From Candidatus Nomurabacteria bacterium (GTDB taxonomy: Bacteria; Patescibacteriota; Minisyncoccia; Phycocordibacterales; UBA9973), in the NCBI GenBank assembly GCA_052035405.1, contig JBPOHQ010000006.1, positions 8,039 through 72,038 of the forward strand: a DNA stretch of 64,000 nucleotides, given 5' to 3'. The translations under genes were made by a program, and so were the position numbers. The first letter of the stretch is position 1, and each line of letters begins with the position of its first letter. Positions 40,746 through 51,322 of the stretch are shown piece after piece. The notes below the pieces were generated by a model that searched no databases, was not told the DNA's origin, and was given only the letters and a program-made list of their open reading frames with translations.

Positions 40746-43700
40746 TGAAAACACTAAACACAACTGAGTTTGACGCGATAGGATTAAAGCTCGCTTCTCC
40801 AGAACAGATTCGAGAATGGTCTTATGGTGAGGTTACAAAACCTGAAACTATAAACTACCGAACAGGTAGAAGTGAAAGAGGAGGACTTTTTGACGAAAAG
40901 ATATTCGGTCCAGAAAAAGATTACGAATGTTACTGTGGAAAATATCGAAGAATTCGTTATAAAGATATCATTTGTGAAAAATGTGGAGTTGAAGTAACTC
41001 GCTCAATCGTACGACGTGAGAGAATGGGCCATATTGACCTTGCTACTCCAGTAGCTCATATTTGGTTTTTAAGAGGAGTGCCATCACGCATGAGTATTCT
41101 TCTTAATATTCCTGTTTCTGATTTAGAAAAGGTTATTTATTTCGCTGGGTATATCATCACTAAAGTTTATCAAGAAGAAAAAGATACTGTTATTTCTGAA
41201 TTAGAAAAAGAATATAAGAGTAAATTAAAAAATTCTGCGGATGAAGAGACAAAAGAAAAGTTAAAGAATTTGCTTTCTGTAACTAAAAAAGAAATCAACG
41301 AAATCTTTGAAGGAAAGGTGTTGAATGAAATCTCATTTCATCATTATTCTTTGAAGTATGGAACTTGTTTTGAGGCAAATATTGGAGCTGAAGCTATATA
41401 CACTATTTTCAAAAATCTAGACTTAAATAAACTAAAAGCTCACACAGAAGGAATGCTAGAAAAGGCTAGTGGAGCAGAAAAAGAAAAGCTACAAAAAAGA
41501 CTATCTCTCATTCGTGCGATGATTTATGCAGATATCCGCCCTGAATGGATGTTCTTAACCGTGATTCCAGTTATTCCACCAGTACTTCGCCCGATGGTGG
41601 CTCTTGATGGTGGACGTCACGCTACATCAGACTTAAATGATTTGTATCGTCGTGTGATAAATCGAAATAATCGCCTCCGAAAACTAAAAGAAATCAATGC
41701 TCCAGATGTTATCCTTCGAAACGAAAAAAGAATCATCCAAGAAGCAGTGGATGCACTTATTGATAACTCAATTGCAAAACAGAATGATTCTGTTGCAATG
41801 AGTCAATCGCAAAAAAGACCTCTTAAATCTCTTTCTGATAACTTAAAGAGTAAGCAAGGACTATTCCGTCAAAACCTTCTCGGTAAGCGTGTAGACTATT
41901 CAGGACGTTCTGTGATTGTTGTTGGACCTCAACTTAAACTCAATCAATGTGGTTTGCCAAAACACATGGCACTTGAGCTTTTCAGACCATTTGTTATCTC
42001 AAAAATTCTTCAAGCTGAACTAGCGTTTAATATTCGTGGTGCAAATAAATTGATTGAAGAGCGAACTCCAGAAGTATGGGCAATGCTTGAAGAAGTCATA
42101 CAAGGAAAATACGTATTACTCAACCGTGCTCCTACATTACATCGTCTGGGTATTCAAGCTTTTAACCCAATCCTTATTGAAGGAAACGCTGTTCAAGTAC
42201 ACCCACTCGTGTGTTCTGCTTTCAATGCGGACTTCGACGGTGACCAGATGGCCGTCTACGTGCCTCTTTCCGAAGAAGCTCAAGCAGAAGCTAAAAACTT
42301 GATGGCTGCAAATAAAAACTTGTTGAAACCTCAAAATGGTAATCCTATCGTGCACCCTAGTAAGGATATGGTGCTTGGAAGTTACTGGATGACTAAAGGA
42401 GTTGATGGAGAAATCGGGGAAGGAAAGTACTTCTCTAGTCCAAATGCAGCAGTTACTGCATATGAATATGGAGTTGTTTCTCTTCGTGCAAAGATAAAAG
42501 TTTTGGCTACGAGTACTCCAAAGTACAAGAAATATGAAGGAGGAATGTTTGATACTACTGTTGGAAAAATTTTATTCAATAGTATTTTACCGAACGACTT
42601 TGCTTACATAAACGACGAGATGAACCAAAAGAGACTTTCTGATCTTGTGGATGAATTAATTATGCACTACGGTATCGACATGACTCCTCATGTCCTCGAT
42701 AAGATTAAAGAATTTGGATTTAAATATTCAACTCTCTCAGGTATTACTTGGGGACTGGATAATGTTAAGGTGCCTGTTGAAAAAGAAACTATTATTGCGA
42801 ATGGTAGAAAACTTGAAGAAGAAATCCGTGAACAGTGGAGCGAAGGTCTTCTTTCTGATAAAGAGCGATATCAAAAGATTATTGAAGTCTGGACTCACGC
42901 AAAGAAGGACTTGGAAAAAGTTCTACCAAAAGCACTCGACAAAAATGGTTCTGCGTTTGATCTATTCACTTCAGGAGCGAGAGGATCTATGGGTCAGCTT
43001 ATCCAGATGAGTGGTATGAAAGGACTTATCCAGAACAATCAGGGTAAGACGCTAGAATTTCCAATTATTCCATCGTACAAAGAAGGTCTTTCACCAATTG
43101 AATATTTCGTCACTACTCACGGTGCACGTAAAGGAGCATCTGATACTGCACTTAACACTGCAAAAGCTGGATACCTTACTCGAAGACTTGTAGATGTTTC
43201 TCAAGATGTTGTTATTACCGAAGAAGATTGTGGAACAAAAGAAGGTAAATTAGTCAGCCATGAAAATATTTCTGGTATTGAAATTCCACTTTCAAAAAAT
43301 ATTCGTGGACGTGTGTTAGCTTCTGACCTTAAAGACAAAGAAGGAAAGGTTTTATACAAGAAAGGATTTTTGATTACAAAAGAAGAAGCTCACGTTATTG
43401 AAGGACTTGGATTTACAGAAGCATATGTTAGAAGTCCTCTTACTTGCCGTACAGCACATGGACTTTGTCAGATGTGTTATGGATTAGACTTGGGAAGAAA
43501 CCACCTTGTAGACTTAGGTGAAGCGGTGGGTATCATCGCTGCTCAAGCTATTGGTGAACCGGGAACACAGCTTACACTTCGAACATTCCACGCCGGAGGT
43601 GTTGCAGGAACAGATATCACTACTGGTTTGCCTCGTGTTGAAGAAATTTTTGAAAAGAGAATTCCAAAAAATCCAGCTGTAGTATCGCAAACAGATGCAG

Positions 43701-44356
43701 AGATTATTGAAATTAAGGATAAGGATGGAAAAGAGAAATCAATCAAGGTATTGTCTGATTCAAAAGTTGACGGTAAGCCAAATGAAATAGAGTATAGTAT
43801 GCCATTTATGAGAATACCGATTGTGAAAATTGGAGATAAGGTGAAAGCTGGAGAACTCCTCACAGATGGATCAGCTGATATCAGTGAAATCTTTAAATAC
43901 GGAGGAAAAGATATGGTAGAGGAGTATATTATCCGTGAAATTAACAAAGTCTATGAACTTCAAAGTGCTTCTATCTCAAGAAAACACACTGAGATTATTA
44001 TTCGCCAAATGTTCTCACGAAGAAAGATAAAAGATTCAGGTGAGACTAATTTCTCTATGGGAGACATTGTTGAAAACACTGCACTTATCGAAGAAAACAT
44101 GCGAGTTGCTGCACTTTCCGCAAAAGAAGCAAAAGCAGAGACTATTGTACTCGGTATTACTGAAGTTTCACTTCGAACAAAGAGTTGGTTATCAGCTGCT
44201 TCATTCCAAAACACAAATCGTGTGCTTATTGAAAACGCCGTGAAAGGAGGAATAGATTACCTCAGAGGTTTAAAAGAAAATGTGATTATTGGACGACTTA
44301 TTCCAGCTGGAACAGGCTTTAGAAAAGCTAAAACTACGCCAGCAGTAGAAGAATAA
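40745..44356 (+). CDS. rpoC: DNA-directed RNA polymerase subunit beta'
   Basis: Zn finger CxxC...CxxC near the N-terminus, NADFDGD catalytic motif, trigger loop. Confidence 0.95.
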   Translation: MKTLNTTEFDAIGLKLASPEQIREWSYGEVTKPETINYRTGRSERGGLFDEKIFGPEKDYECYCGKYRRIRYKDIICEKCGVEVTRSIVRRERMGHIDLATPVAHIWFLRGVPSRMSILLNIPVSDLEKVIYFAGYIITKVYQEEKDTVISELEKEYKSKLKNSADEETKEKLKNLLSVTKKEINEIFEGKVLNEISFHHYSLKYGTCFEANIGAEAIYTIFKNLDLNKLKAHTEGMLEKASGAEKEKLQKRLSLIRAMIYADIRPEWMFLTVIPVIPPVLRPMVALDGGRHATSDLNDLYRRVINRNNRLRKLKEINAPDVILRNEKRIIQEAVDALIDNSIAKQNDSVAMSQSQKRPLKSLSDNLKSKQGLFRQNLLGKRVDYSGRSVIVVGPQLKLNQCGLPKHMALELFRPFVISKILQAELAFNIRGANKLIEERTPEVWAMLEEVIQGKYVLLNRAPTLHRLGIQAFNPILIEGNAVQVHPLVCSAFNADFDGDQMAVYVPLSEEAQAEAKNLMAANKNLLKPQNGNPIVHPSKDMVLGSYWMTKGVDGEIGEGKYFSSPNAAVTAYEYGVVSLRAKIKVLATSTPKYKKYEGGMFDTTVGKILFNSILPNDFAYINDEMNQKRLSDLVDELIMHYGIDMTPHVLDKIKEFGFKYSTLSGITWGLDNVKVPVEKETIIANGRKLEEEIREQWSEGLLSDKERYQKIIEVWTHAKKDLEKVLPKALDKNGSAFDLFTSGARGSMGQLIQMSGMKGLIQNNQGKTLEFPIIPSYKEGLSPIEYFVTTHGARKGASDTALNTAKAGYLTRRLVDVSQDVVITEEDCGTKEGKLVSHENISGIEIPLSKNIRGRVLASDLKDKEGKVLYKKGFLITKEEAHVIEGLGFTEAYVRSPLTCRTAHGLCQMCYGLDLGRNHLVDLGEAVGIIAAQAIGEPGTQLTLRTFHAGGVAGTDITTGLPRVEEIFEKRIPKNPAVVSQTDAEIIEIKDKDGKEKSIKVLSDSKVDGKPNEIEYSMPFMRIPIVKIGDKVKAGELLTDGSADISEIFKYGGKDMVEEYIIREINKVYELQSASISRKHTEIIIRQMFSRRKIKDSGETNFSMGDIVENTALIEENMRVAALSAKEAKAETIVLGITEVSLRTKSWLSAASFQNTNRVLIENAVKGGIDYLRGLKENVIIGRLIPAGTGFRKAKTTPAVEE

Positions 44357-44364
44357 TACAATAG

Positions 44365-46107
44365 ATGAACTCTCCTGTATCTAAAATTAAGGAGAGACTA
44401 ACAATTGAAGAAGTAGTCTCTTCTTATATAAAAGTTGAAAAAGTTGGCCCAAATTTTAAAGCCAAGTGTCCATTTCACAATGAAAAGACACCATCTTTTT
44501 TCATCTCTCCAGATAGGGGAACGTATTATTGTTTTGGTTGTGGAGTTAAAGGAGACATCTTCAGTTTTGTAGAGGAGTTTGAAGGTCTTGATTTTAAGGG
44601 TGCATTAAAACTTCTGGCATCGCGAGCAGGCGTCCCTCTTCAAGATTTTAATCGAGAAGCAGAAAGTGAAAAAGACAGGCTCTATAAAGTAATGGAAGAA
44701 GCTACGCTTTTCTTTAGTCACAATTTGGAAAAAGAGAATGACGTAGTTTCTTACTTACACAAGAGGGGTTTAGAGGATAAAACAATTAAAGAATTCAGGC
44801 TAGGATATGTAAGAAATGAGTGGACATCTTTGTATATATACCTGAAAGCAAAAAAGTTCACTGACAATGATATAGAGAAAGCTGGACTTGTAAAAAAGAC
44901 AGAAAAGGGTACCTATGATAGATTTCGAGGAAGAGTCATGTTTCCGATTATGGATTCAAGTGGACGAGTAATAGCATTTTCAGGTAGAATTTTTGTAGAC
45001 GATGGAAAATCAGCAAAGTATTTAAATTCTCCAGAGACACCAATTTTCACTAAGTCAGCAGTTTTGTATGGATTGGATAAAGCAAAGGATTCTATCAGAA
45101 AACACAATTTCTCTATTTTGGTTGAAGGTCAAATGGACTTACTTATGTCTCACCAAGCAGGATTCAGAAATACTGTCGCTACTTCAGGTACTGCACTATC
45201 TGATCAGGAAATGAACGCAGAGAATGTTGTTTCAAATTTAGGATTAGTACGACGTTTATCAGACAATATAGTTTTGGCATTTGATGCAGATAAGGCGGGA
45301 CTCCATGCTACACATCGTGCAGGGAAGATTGCACTGTCTTTAGGAATGAACGTGAAAGCAGTTGAATTAGAAGAAGGCGTAGATCCAGCAGACAGGATAC
45401 TTCACGGTGGTATAGAAGGATGGAAAAAAGACATACGAGAATCAAAACACCTTATAGAATTTTTCATAGCGTCTGTTTTGAAAAAAAATAAAGACATGAG
45501 AAGTGCAGGACTTGAAATAAAGAAAGAGGTATTACCATTTATTGATTCACTGCCGAGTGCTATAGAAAAAGCACATTTCTTGAAAAAGATTTACGACCTA
45601 ACTAATATCCCTATGGTCGCACTAGAAGAAGATTTGAGAAAAGTACACGAAGAGTTAAAAAATGAAAGTAGAAAGTTAGAAGAGATAAGCCTCAATCAGA
45701 ACCAAGTTTTTAGAAGAGAGCGAATTTTAAAAAGTATCATTGGTATCATTTTTTGGCAACAGACGTTAAAAGAGCCACATTTTAATATAAAGAAAACAAT
45801 AGAAGAATTAACAAGAATTTTAGAAAAAGAGGAAAAAGATATCTTAGAAAGTTTTTTAGGAGAAAAAGATTCTTTGATTTATCAGGCAGAAGTATCGTAT
45901 ATGTCTGTCGCTTCTTTGGAAAGAGATGTAGGAGACTTACTTTCTAATTTAGAAGAAGAATATTTAACGGAAAAGTTAGTATACCTCAGGTGGAAATTGC
46001 AAAAAGCAGAAGAAGATAAAGACTTCGAACATTCAAAAGAATTATTACAAGAATTTCAAATTATAAGTAACAAGAGACAAGATATAAAAAATAGTCGTAA
46101 AAAATAA
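44365..46107 (+). CDS. dnaG: DNA primase
   Basis: Zinc-ribbon CPFHNEKTPSF...CFGCG, Toprim domain (EGQMD...DAD). Confidence 0.9.
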   Translation: MNSPVSKIKERLTIEEVVSSYIKVEKVGPNFKAKCPFHNEKTPSFFISPDRGTYYCFGCGVKGDIFSFVEEFEGLDFKGALKLLASRAGVPLQDFNREAESEKDRLYKVMEEATLFFSHNLEKENDVVSYLHKRGLEDKTIKEFRLGYVRNEWTSLYIYLKAKKFTDNDIEKAGLVKKTEKGTYDRFRGRVMFPIMDSSGRVIAFSGRIFVDDGKSAKYLNSPETPIFTKSAVLYGLDKAKDSIRKHNFSILVEGQMDLLMSHQAGFRNTVATSGTALSDQEMNAENVVSNLGLVRRLSDNIVLAFDADKAGLHATHRAGKIALSLGMNVKAVELEEGVDPADRILHGGIEGWKKDIRESKHLIEFFIASVLKKNKDMRSAGLEIKKEVLPFIDSLPSAIEKAHFLKKIYDLTNIPMVALEEDLRKVHEELKNESRKLEEISLNQNQVFRRERILKSIIGIIFWQQTLKEPHFNIKKTIEELTRILEKEEKDILESFLGEKDSLIYQAEVSYMSVASLERDVGDLLSNLEEEYLTEKLVYLRWKLQKAEEDKDFEHSKELLQEFQIISNKRQDIKNSRKK

Positions 46108-46122
46108 TTAAAGATATTCCTT

Positions 46123-47406
46123 ATGAAAAAGAAAATAAATAACAAAAAAGTGAATAAAAAAATAAAAACTACAAAGAAGATAGTAAAAGCTAAAAAGGTA
46201 ATTAAAAAGGCCGTAAAGAAAGTTGTCAAAAAAACAGTGAAAGTAGTAAAGAAACCAAAGGTTGCGAAGATTGTTGTAAAAAAACAACCAAAAACAAAAG
46301 AAGTGAAGAAGCCCATAAAGAAACTTAACGCTGCAGAGAGAAAAGCTGAAGACTTAGAGAAGAAATCAAATGAACTTGTAGAAAAAGGACGCAAGCGAGG
46401 GTTTATAACCTATGATGAGATTCTAAAAACATTTCCTGATATTGAAAACAATATTCTCTTTTTAGATGAATTATATGAGAAATTTGCTACTGTAGGTATC
46501 GATGTATTGGAAGGTGGTAACTTGCTTAACCTTGATATCGACTTGAACGATAAAGAATTAAACAAAGGAGGAATACACGACTCTATTCAAATGTATCTGA
46601 AAGAAATAGGTCAGTATCCACTTATTTACGCAAATGAGGAAAAGGATCTGGCGAAGAGAATCGAACAAGGCGATGAAGAAGCAAAGAATTTACTTGCTCG
46701 GGCAAACCTTCGTCTTGTAGTATCTATTGCTAAGAAGTATGTAGGTAGAAGTGCAAACCTTACGCTCCTTGACCTTATCCAAGAAGGGAACTTAGGACTC
46801 TTTAAAGCAGTTGAAAAGTTTGATTGGACTAAAGGATATAAATTCTCTACGTATGCGACGTGGTGGATTCGTCAGTCTATCACTCGTGCACTTGCTGATC
46901 AGTCTCGAACTATTCGTATTCCAGTGCACATGGTTGAGACTATTTCTAAATACAAACAAATACATAGAAAACTAAGCCAAGACTTAGGACGCGAACCTCT
47001 TGCTGAAGAAATAGCAACTGAGATGGGAATACCTGTGGATAAGATTCATGTTATTGAAAATATTAACCAAGAGACTATTTCACTTGAGCAGCCAATAGGA
47101 GATGATGATGACAAGTCAACTCTTGAGAACTTTATTCCTGATGACAAGATACTTCGCCCTGACCAAGAGTCCTCTAGAAGAATTCTTTCTGATCAAATTC
47201 GTGAAGTCCTCGACGAGTTAAATCCAAAAGAAAGAAAAATACTTGAAATGCGTTACGGATTACTTGATGGTATACAACATACTCTAGAGAGAGTTGGAGA
47301 GGAGTTTGGAGTTACTCGAGAACGTATTCGTCAGATTGAAGCGAAGGTTCACGAAAAACTCAGAAGTCATGACAAGATTTCTCGTCTCAAAAATTACTTT
47401 GATTAA
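46123..47406 (+). CDS. rpoD: RNA polymerase sigma-70 factor RpoD with a lysine-rich N-terminal extension
   Basis: Regions 1.2-4.2 ([29 protein letters not shown], 4.2 HTH). The N-terminal ~80 aa are K-rich low complexity. Confidence 0.9.
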   Translation: MKKKINNKKVNKKIKTTKKIVKAKKVIKKAVKKVVKKTVKVVKKPKVAKIVVKKQPKTKEVKKPIKKLNAAERKAEDLEKKSNELVEKGRKRGFITYDEILKTFPDIENNILFLDELYEKFATVGIDVLEGGNLLNLDIDLNDKELNKGGIHDSIQMYLKEIGQYPLIYANEEKDLAKRIEQGDEEAKNLLARANLRLVVSIAKKYVGRSANLTLLDLIQEGNLGLFKAVEKFDWTKGYKFSTYATWWIRQSITRALADQSRTIRIPVHMVETISKYKQIHRKLSQDLGREPLAEEIATEMGIPVDKIHVIENINQETISLEQPIGDDDDKSTLENFIPDDKILRPDQESSRRILSDQIREVLDELNPKERKILEMRYGLLDGIQHTLERVGEEFGVTRERIRQIEAKVHEKLRSHDKISRLKNYFD

Positions 47407-47424
47407 CTATATGTAAATAAAAAA

Positions 47425-47460
47425 TAAAAAATCCTCTCATTGGATGAGAGGATTTTTTAT
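47425..47460. terminator. Bidirectional Rho-independent terminator between rpoD and the convergent dsbA-like gene
   Basis: AAAAAATCCTCTCAT-TGG-ATGAGAGGATTTTTT. Confidence 0.7.
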
Positions 47461-47475
47461 TTTAAGAATTACTCC

Positions 47476-48186
47476 TTATTTAAGGAGTGCGTCTATTTTC
47501 TCCTGGATAACTTCGATAGGTTGTGCACCTTGAATCATATCAACCACCTCACCGTTTACTTTAAGGAAACTGGTAGGTGTGCCCTGGACACCAGCTGCTT
47601 TTCCGGCCATGATATCGCTTTCAATTTTATCTGCAAATTTTCCACTTGCGAGACAGGTGTTAAATAAAGATACATCAAGTCCAATATCTTTCGCTATTGT
47701 TGGAAGCTCAGACACATCCAAACTGTCGTTTGATTGTGTGCGGGTATAGATTTCATCAACGTATTTCCAAAAAGTGATGTTGTTTCCTTGTTCCCACGCA
47801 CATTCAAGTGCTTCAGATTCGTGAAATGCTTTTTTGTGAAGTTGAGGAATAGGGTAATGTCTGTATTCCCAAGCAATTTTTCCATTGTATTGTTTCATTA
47901 ATGTTTTCATTGTCTCGTGAAAGGACTTGCAGAAAGGACACTCGGTGTCAGTGTATTCGACTATAGTTATTTTTACTGTATCGCTTCCTACTAGGTGAAC
48001 ATCTGATACTGTTGGTGTTATTTCTATACCGTCAAAAGAATTTGTCTGTGTGGCTACAGGTCTCTCTGGTTTTTTACCTCCTAAAAATATAGTTAAGGCA
48101 AAAAAGAGGATTATAGCAACAGAAGAAATAATAGTTTTTTGCGTATTCGATCCTTTTTTTATGACTGATTGTGTTTGATTTTCCAT
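47476..48186 (-). CDS. Membrane-anchored DsbA-family thiol:disulfide oxidoreductase
   Basis: N-terminal TM segment, thioredoxin fold with CPFC active site (TECPFCKSF). Confidence 0.75.
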   Translation of the reverse strand: MENQTQSVIKKGSNTQKTIISSVAIILFFALTIFLGGKKPERPVATQTNSFDGIEITPTVSDVHLVGSDTVKITIVEYTDTECPFCKSFHETMKTLMKQYNGKIAWEYRHYPIPQLHKKAFHESEALECAWEQGNNITFWKYVDEIYTRTQSNDSLDVSELPTIAKDIGLDVSLFNTCLASGKFADKIESDIMAGKAAGVQGTPTSFLKVNGEVVDMIQGAQPIEVIQEKIDALLK

Positions 48187-48307
48187 GTAATGTATATAGC
48201 TTATGTAAGCATTTATGATTAATATACTATTGTAGCACTTTTGGGTCGGTATGGTATACTTTTAGTATTGAAAGGTCTTTTTATTAAATTAATCTAATAT
48301 ACTCTTT

Positions 48308-48661
48308 GTGAGTATATATAAAAATTATAATATGTGTTGTAATTCAAAAGGTTGTTGTAAAAGTGCTGGTTGTACAGCAAGTATGATTGCTAAGATTTTA
48401 GTGATCATCGGAGGTCTTAATTGGGGTCTCGTAGGAGCTGGAATGCTTGCAAGCGGTACTATGTCTTGGAATTTGGTAAGTAAACTACTTGGTGCTTGGC
48501 CTATGGTAGAAGCTGTTGTGTACGTAGTTGTAGGTATCTGTGCAGTTGTTATGGCTGTTGGCTGCCGATGTAAGAAGTGTCAGTCTGGAGTATGTGAAGC
48601 ATGTACTACAGAAGGACATGCAGACCACAAAATGGATAGTGTAAACGCTCCAAAAGTATAA
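48308..48661 (+). CDS. DUF378-like small membrane protein with Cys-rich N- and C-termini
   Basis: Central IIGGLNWGLVGAGML (the DUF378 GGLNWGLVG motif). N-terminus CCNSKGCCKSAGC, C-terminus CRCKKCQSGVCEAC. Confidence 0.6.
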   Translation: MSIYKNYNMCCNSKGCCKSAGCTASMIAKILVIIGGLNWGLVGAGMLASGTMSWNLVSKLLGAWPMVEAVVYVVVGICAVVMAVGCRCKKCQSGVCEACTTEGHADHKMDSVNAPKV

Positions 48662-48680
48662 TATTCTTTTGTTCATAATC

Positions 48681-48715
48681 ACAAAACTCTTGACCTTAAA
48701 AGTCAAGAGTTTTGT
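48681..48715 (+). terminator. Hairpin/terminator after the Cys-rich gene
   Basis: ACAAAACTCTTGAC-CTTAAAAG-GTCAAGAGTTTTGT. Confidence 0.5.
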
Positions 48716-48754
48716 TGCTTAAACCCCCTAAAAATGCTAGTATGAGAGATACTT

Positions 48755-49996
48755 ATGGATTCCATTATAGGCATAATTTTTTATGTGCTTGTCTTCCTGT
48801 CACTATACGTGCAGGTCTTTTTTCTTGTTACTTTTTTAGAAAATCGTAAGAAAATAGTGACCCGAAAAGGGGAGATCAAGCTCAGAGAGTACCCCGCGGT
48901 TACTATTGTTGTGCCATGTTGGAATGAAGAAAAGACCATATCAAAGACCGTGCATTCTTTGCTTGATATGAACTATCCAAAGGATAAATTAAATATTTTT
49001 CTCGTAGATGATGGTTCTACTGACAGTACTTGGGAAGTAATACAGACGTTTAAAAAACATGAAAACATCCAAGTCTTTCATAAAGAGAATGGTGGTAAGC
49101 ATACTGCACTTAACTTAGGATTAGAGAAGTCTACGACTGACTTCTTTGGTTGTTTGGATGCAGACTCTATCGCTGATCGAGAATCTTTAGTTCGCATTAT
49201 GAGTTATTTTGAAAAAGATCCTTCCACTATGGCTGTAGCTCCATCTATCATCGTTCATAATGCTAAAACACTGATTCAAAATGCACAAACCGCTGAGTAT
49301 TATATGGCAGTATACGTGAAGAAAATGTTAGGCTTTTTGGGTGGTATTCACGTTACCCCTGGACCTCTTACTATCTTTAAGAGAAAAGTATTCGACACAC
49401 TAGGTCCATACAGACATGCACACAACACCGAAGACATGGAAATAGCATATAGAATGCAGAAGAACCACTATAAAATAGAACAATGTAATGATGCATATGT
49501 ATATACAAATACACCTCCTACTGCGGTAAAGCTCTACAAGCAGAGACTGCGCTGGATCTATGGTTTTATTAACAATACTCTCGACTACAAGTATCTTCTA
49601 TTTAAAAGAAAATATGGAAATTTCTCTATGTTTACTGTACCGGCAGGTGTTATCTCTATTTTCGCGGCTAGTTACTTATTTTTTCGATTTTTATATGAAG
49701 CTGTTAAATTTATTTATACAAAGTTTATACAAGTAAGTGCAGTAGGATTTGATGTTTCGTTTAATCCAAACTTTGATCCATTTTTTATAAACACCCATTT
49801 TTTCCTTTTCATTACAATCATGCTGTACTCTTTGGTTATTTTTTCTATGATATTGGGGAGGAAAATAGCTAGTGGCAAATGGAAGCTATCTGCAGATATG
49901 TTGTATTTCTTCTTTATTTTTAGTGTGATTGCCCCGATATGGCTCATGAAAGCAGTGTATAATACATTACTCGTTAAAAAACCAGCGTGGAGATAA
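48755..49996 (+). CDS. Family-2 processive glycosyltransferase (cellulose/chitin/hyaluronan-synthase-like, QxxRW motif)
   Basis: N-terminal TM, VVPCWNEE, DDGSTD, DAD and QRLRW motifs, C-terminal TM bundle. Confidence 0.75.
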   Translation: MDSIIGIIFYVLVFLSLYVQVFFLVTFLENRKKIVTRKGEIKLREYPAVTIVVPCWNEEKTISKTVHSLLDMNYPKDKLNIFLVDDGSTDSTWEVIQTFKKHENIQVFHKENGGKHTALNLGLEKSTTDFFGCLDADSIADRESLVRIMSYFEKDPSTMAVAPSIIVHNAKTLIQNAQTAEYYMAVYVKKMLGFLGGIHVTPGPLTIFKRKVFDTLGPYRHAHNTEDMEIAYRMQKNHYKIEQCNDAYVYTNTPPTAVKLYKQRLRWIYGFINNTLDYKYLLFKRKYGNFSMFTVPAGVISIFAASYLFFRFLYEAVKFIYTKFIQVSAVGFDVSFNPNFDPFFINTHFFLFITIMLYSLVIFSMILGRKIASGKWKLSADMLYFFFIFSVIAPIWLMKAVYNTLLVKKPAWR

Positions 49997-50703
49997 ATTA
50001 TATAGATAATATAAATAATATGGAACAAAATAAATTTGATTGGAAAAAATATGTAGTTGTTTTTTTTATAACCGTTATGCTGTTTGTTACAGCAAGTTAT
50101 GTAAGTAGTTATTTTAATAATAAAAAAATCGGACAGTTAAAAGTAATTCAGGATCAGATATCGATAGATATACTCTCTTCTGAGACTCAATTCTCTTTAC
50201 TTTCAGATTTATCATGTAAATCTGTATCAGATTCTTTTTTGTCAGAAGAACTTAATGAGTTTGGTACAAAATTAGAATGGGGTGAGCAGAATCTTGGAAA
50301 CAAAGAAGAAGTAGCCTACTTAAGGAAATACTATTCATTACTACAAATTAAAGATTATCTTTTAATGAAAAAAATATCTTCTCGTTGTGGTATTAAATCA
50401 GCTTTTGTTTTGTATTTTTATACTACAGCTGAAAATTGTACTGAGTGTCTTAAGCAAAGTCTGGTTTTGTCTAAATTAAAAGAAAAGTACCCAATGTTGC
50501 GAGTGTATTCTTTTGATTATAGTACAGACCTATCAGCTGTTAAATCTATGCTTGAAATATATAAAATAGAAGACACTAAACTTCCAGCCATGGTCGTCTC
50601 AGATGACGTTTTAACAGGCTTTAACTCAGCAGATGAACTAGAATCAATAATCAAAAAAACGTTCAATTTAGAAGAAAAAAACCCCACTGATAGTAAAGAA
50701 TAA
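49987..50703 (+). CDS. Membrane-anchored thioredoxin-like protein (CxxC), translationally coupled to the GT2 gene
   Basis: Overlaps the GT2 stop by 10 nt. N-terminal TM segment, then FVLYFYTTAENCTEC and a downstream cis-Pro-like LPAMVV. Confidence 0.45.
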   Translation: MEINYIDNINNMEQNKFDWKKYVVVFFITVMLFVTASYVSSYFNNKKIGQLKVIQDQISIDILSSETQFSLLSDLSCKSVSDSFLSEELNEFGTKLEWGEQNLGNKEEVAYLRKYYSLLQIKDYLLMKKISSRCGIKSAFVLYFYTTAENCTECLKQSLVLSKLKEKYPMLRVYSFDYSTDLSAVKSMLEIYKIEDTKLPAMVVSDDVLTGFNSADELESIIKKTFNLEEKNPTDSKE

Positions 50704-50768
50704 TTTAATAATTTTATACAAAATTATTAAAGCTCAAATACAAAAATATCCCATAAAATATGGGATAT

Positions 50769-50852
50769 TTTTGTATTTGAGCCGCCTCTCAGATTCGAAC
50801 TGAGGACCTTCGCTTTACAAAAGCGTTGCTCTACCAACTGAGCTAAGGCGGC
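50769..50852 (-). tRNA. tRNA-Thr (anticodon UGU)
   Basis: The reverse complement reads GCCGCCUUAGCUCAGUUGGUAGAGCAACGCUUUUGUAAAGCGAAGGUCCUCAGUUCGAAUCUGAGAGGCGGCU, a clean cloverleaf with anticodon loop UUUGUAA. Confidence 0.8.
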
Positions 50853-50886
50853 TTATATACCTATCTAATCTACACTAAATCCTTTT

Positions 50887-51297
50887 TTAATTCAACCCCT
50901 CTTCTGCTTTTATTTTTTCCTTTATGATACGTATCTTACTTTTGTAATCTCCTATGATTTTTAAGAATTTTGAAGCTTGTTTTCTCTCTGATACTAATTT
51001 ATTTTTTGAACTATATTTTTGATGAATCTTATGTACCATATTTTTAGCAATCTGATATTTATTTTTCAATAAATGAGATAATTTTATATATATTCTAATG
51101 CTTACTACAAGAATAATATATCCATAGATTTTAAACTTTTTTATGGCTATAACTTTGATTTCTTCTAAATCTGGGACATCAAGAGTCAGTTCTGTTCCCG
51201 CATGGGTTTTTAATTCTTTAAGCAATATCACTCTTCTCATAACCATAAAGGCTATAGCAAAGAGTGATATAAAAAATAAGGATAAATAAATATACAT
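50887..51297 (-). CDS. Hypothetical small membrane protein downstream of tsf
   Basis: Two N-terminal hydrophobic segments and a K-rich tail. No family assignment. Confidence 0.3.
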   Translation of the reverse strand: MYIYLSLFFISLFAIAFMVMRRVILLKELKTHAGTELTLDVPDLEEIKVIAIKKFKIYGYIILVVSIRIYIKLSHLLKNKYQIAKNMVHKIHQKYSSKNKLVSERKQASKFLKIIGDYKSKIRIIKEKIKAEEGLN

Positions 51298-51322
51298 TGT
51301 CTAAGTTGCTTAAAGCTATCTA

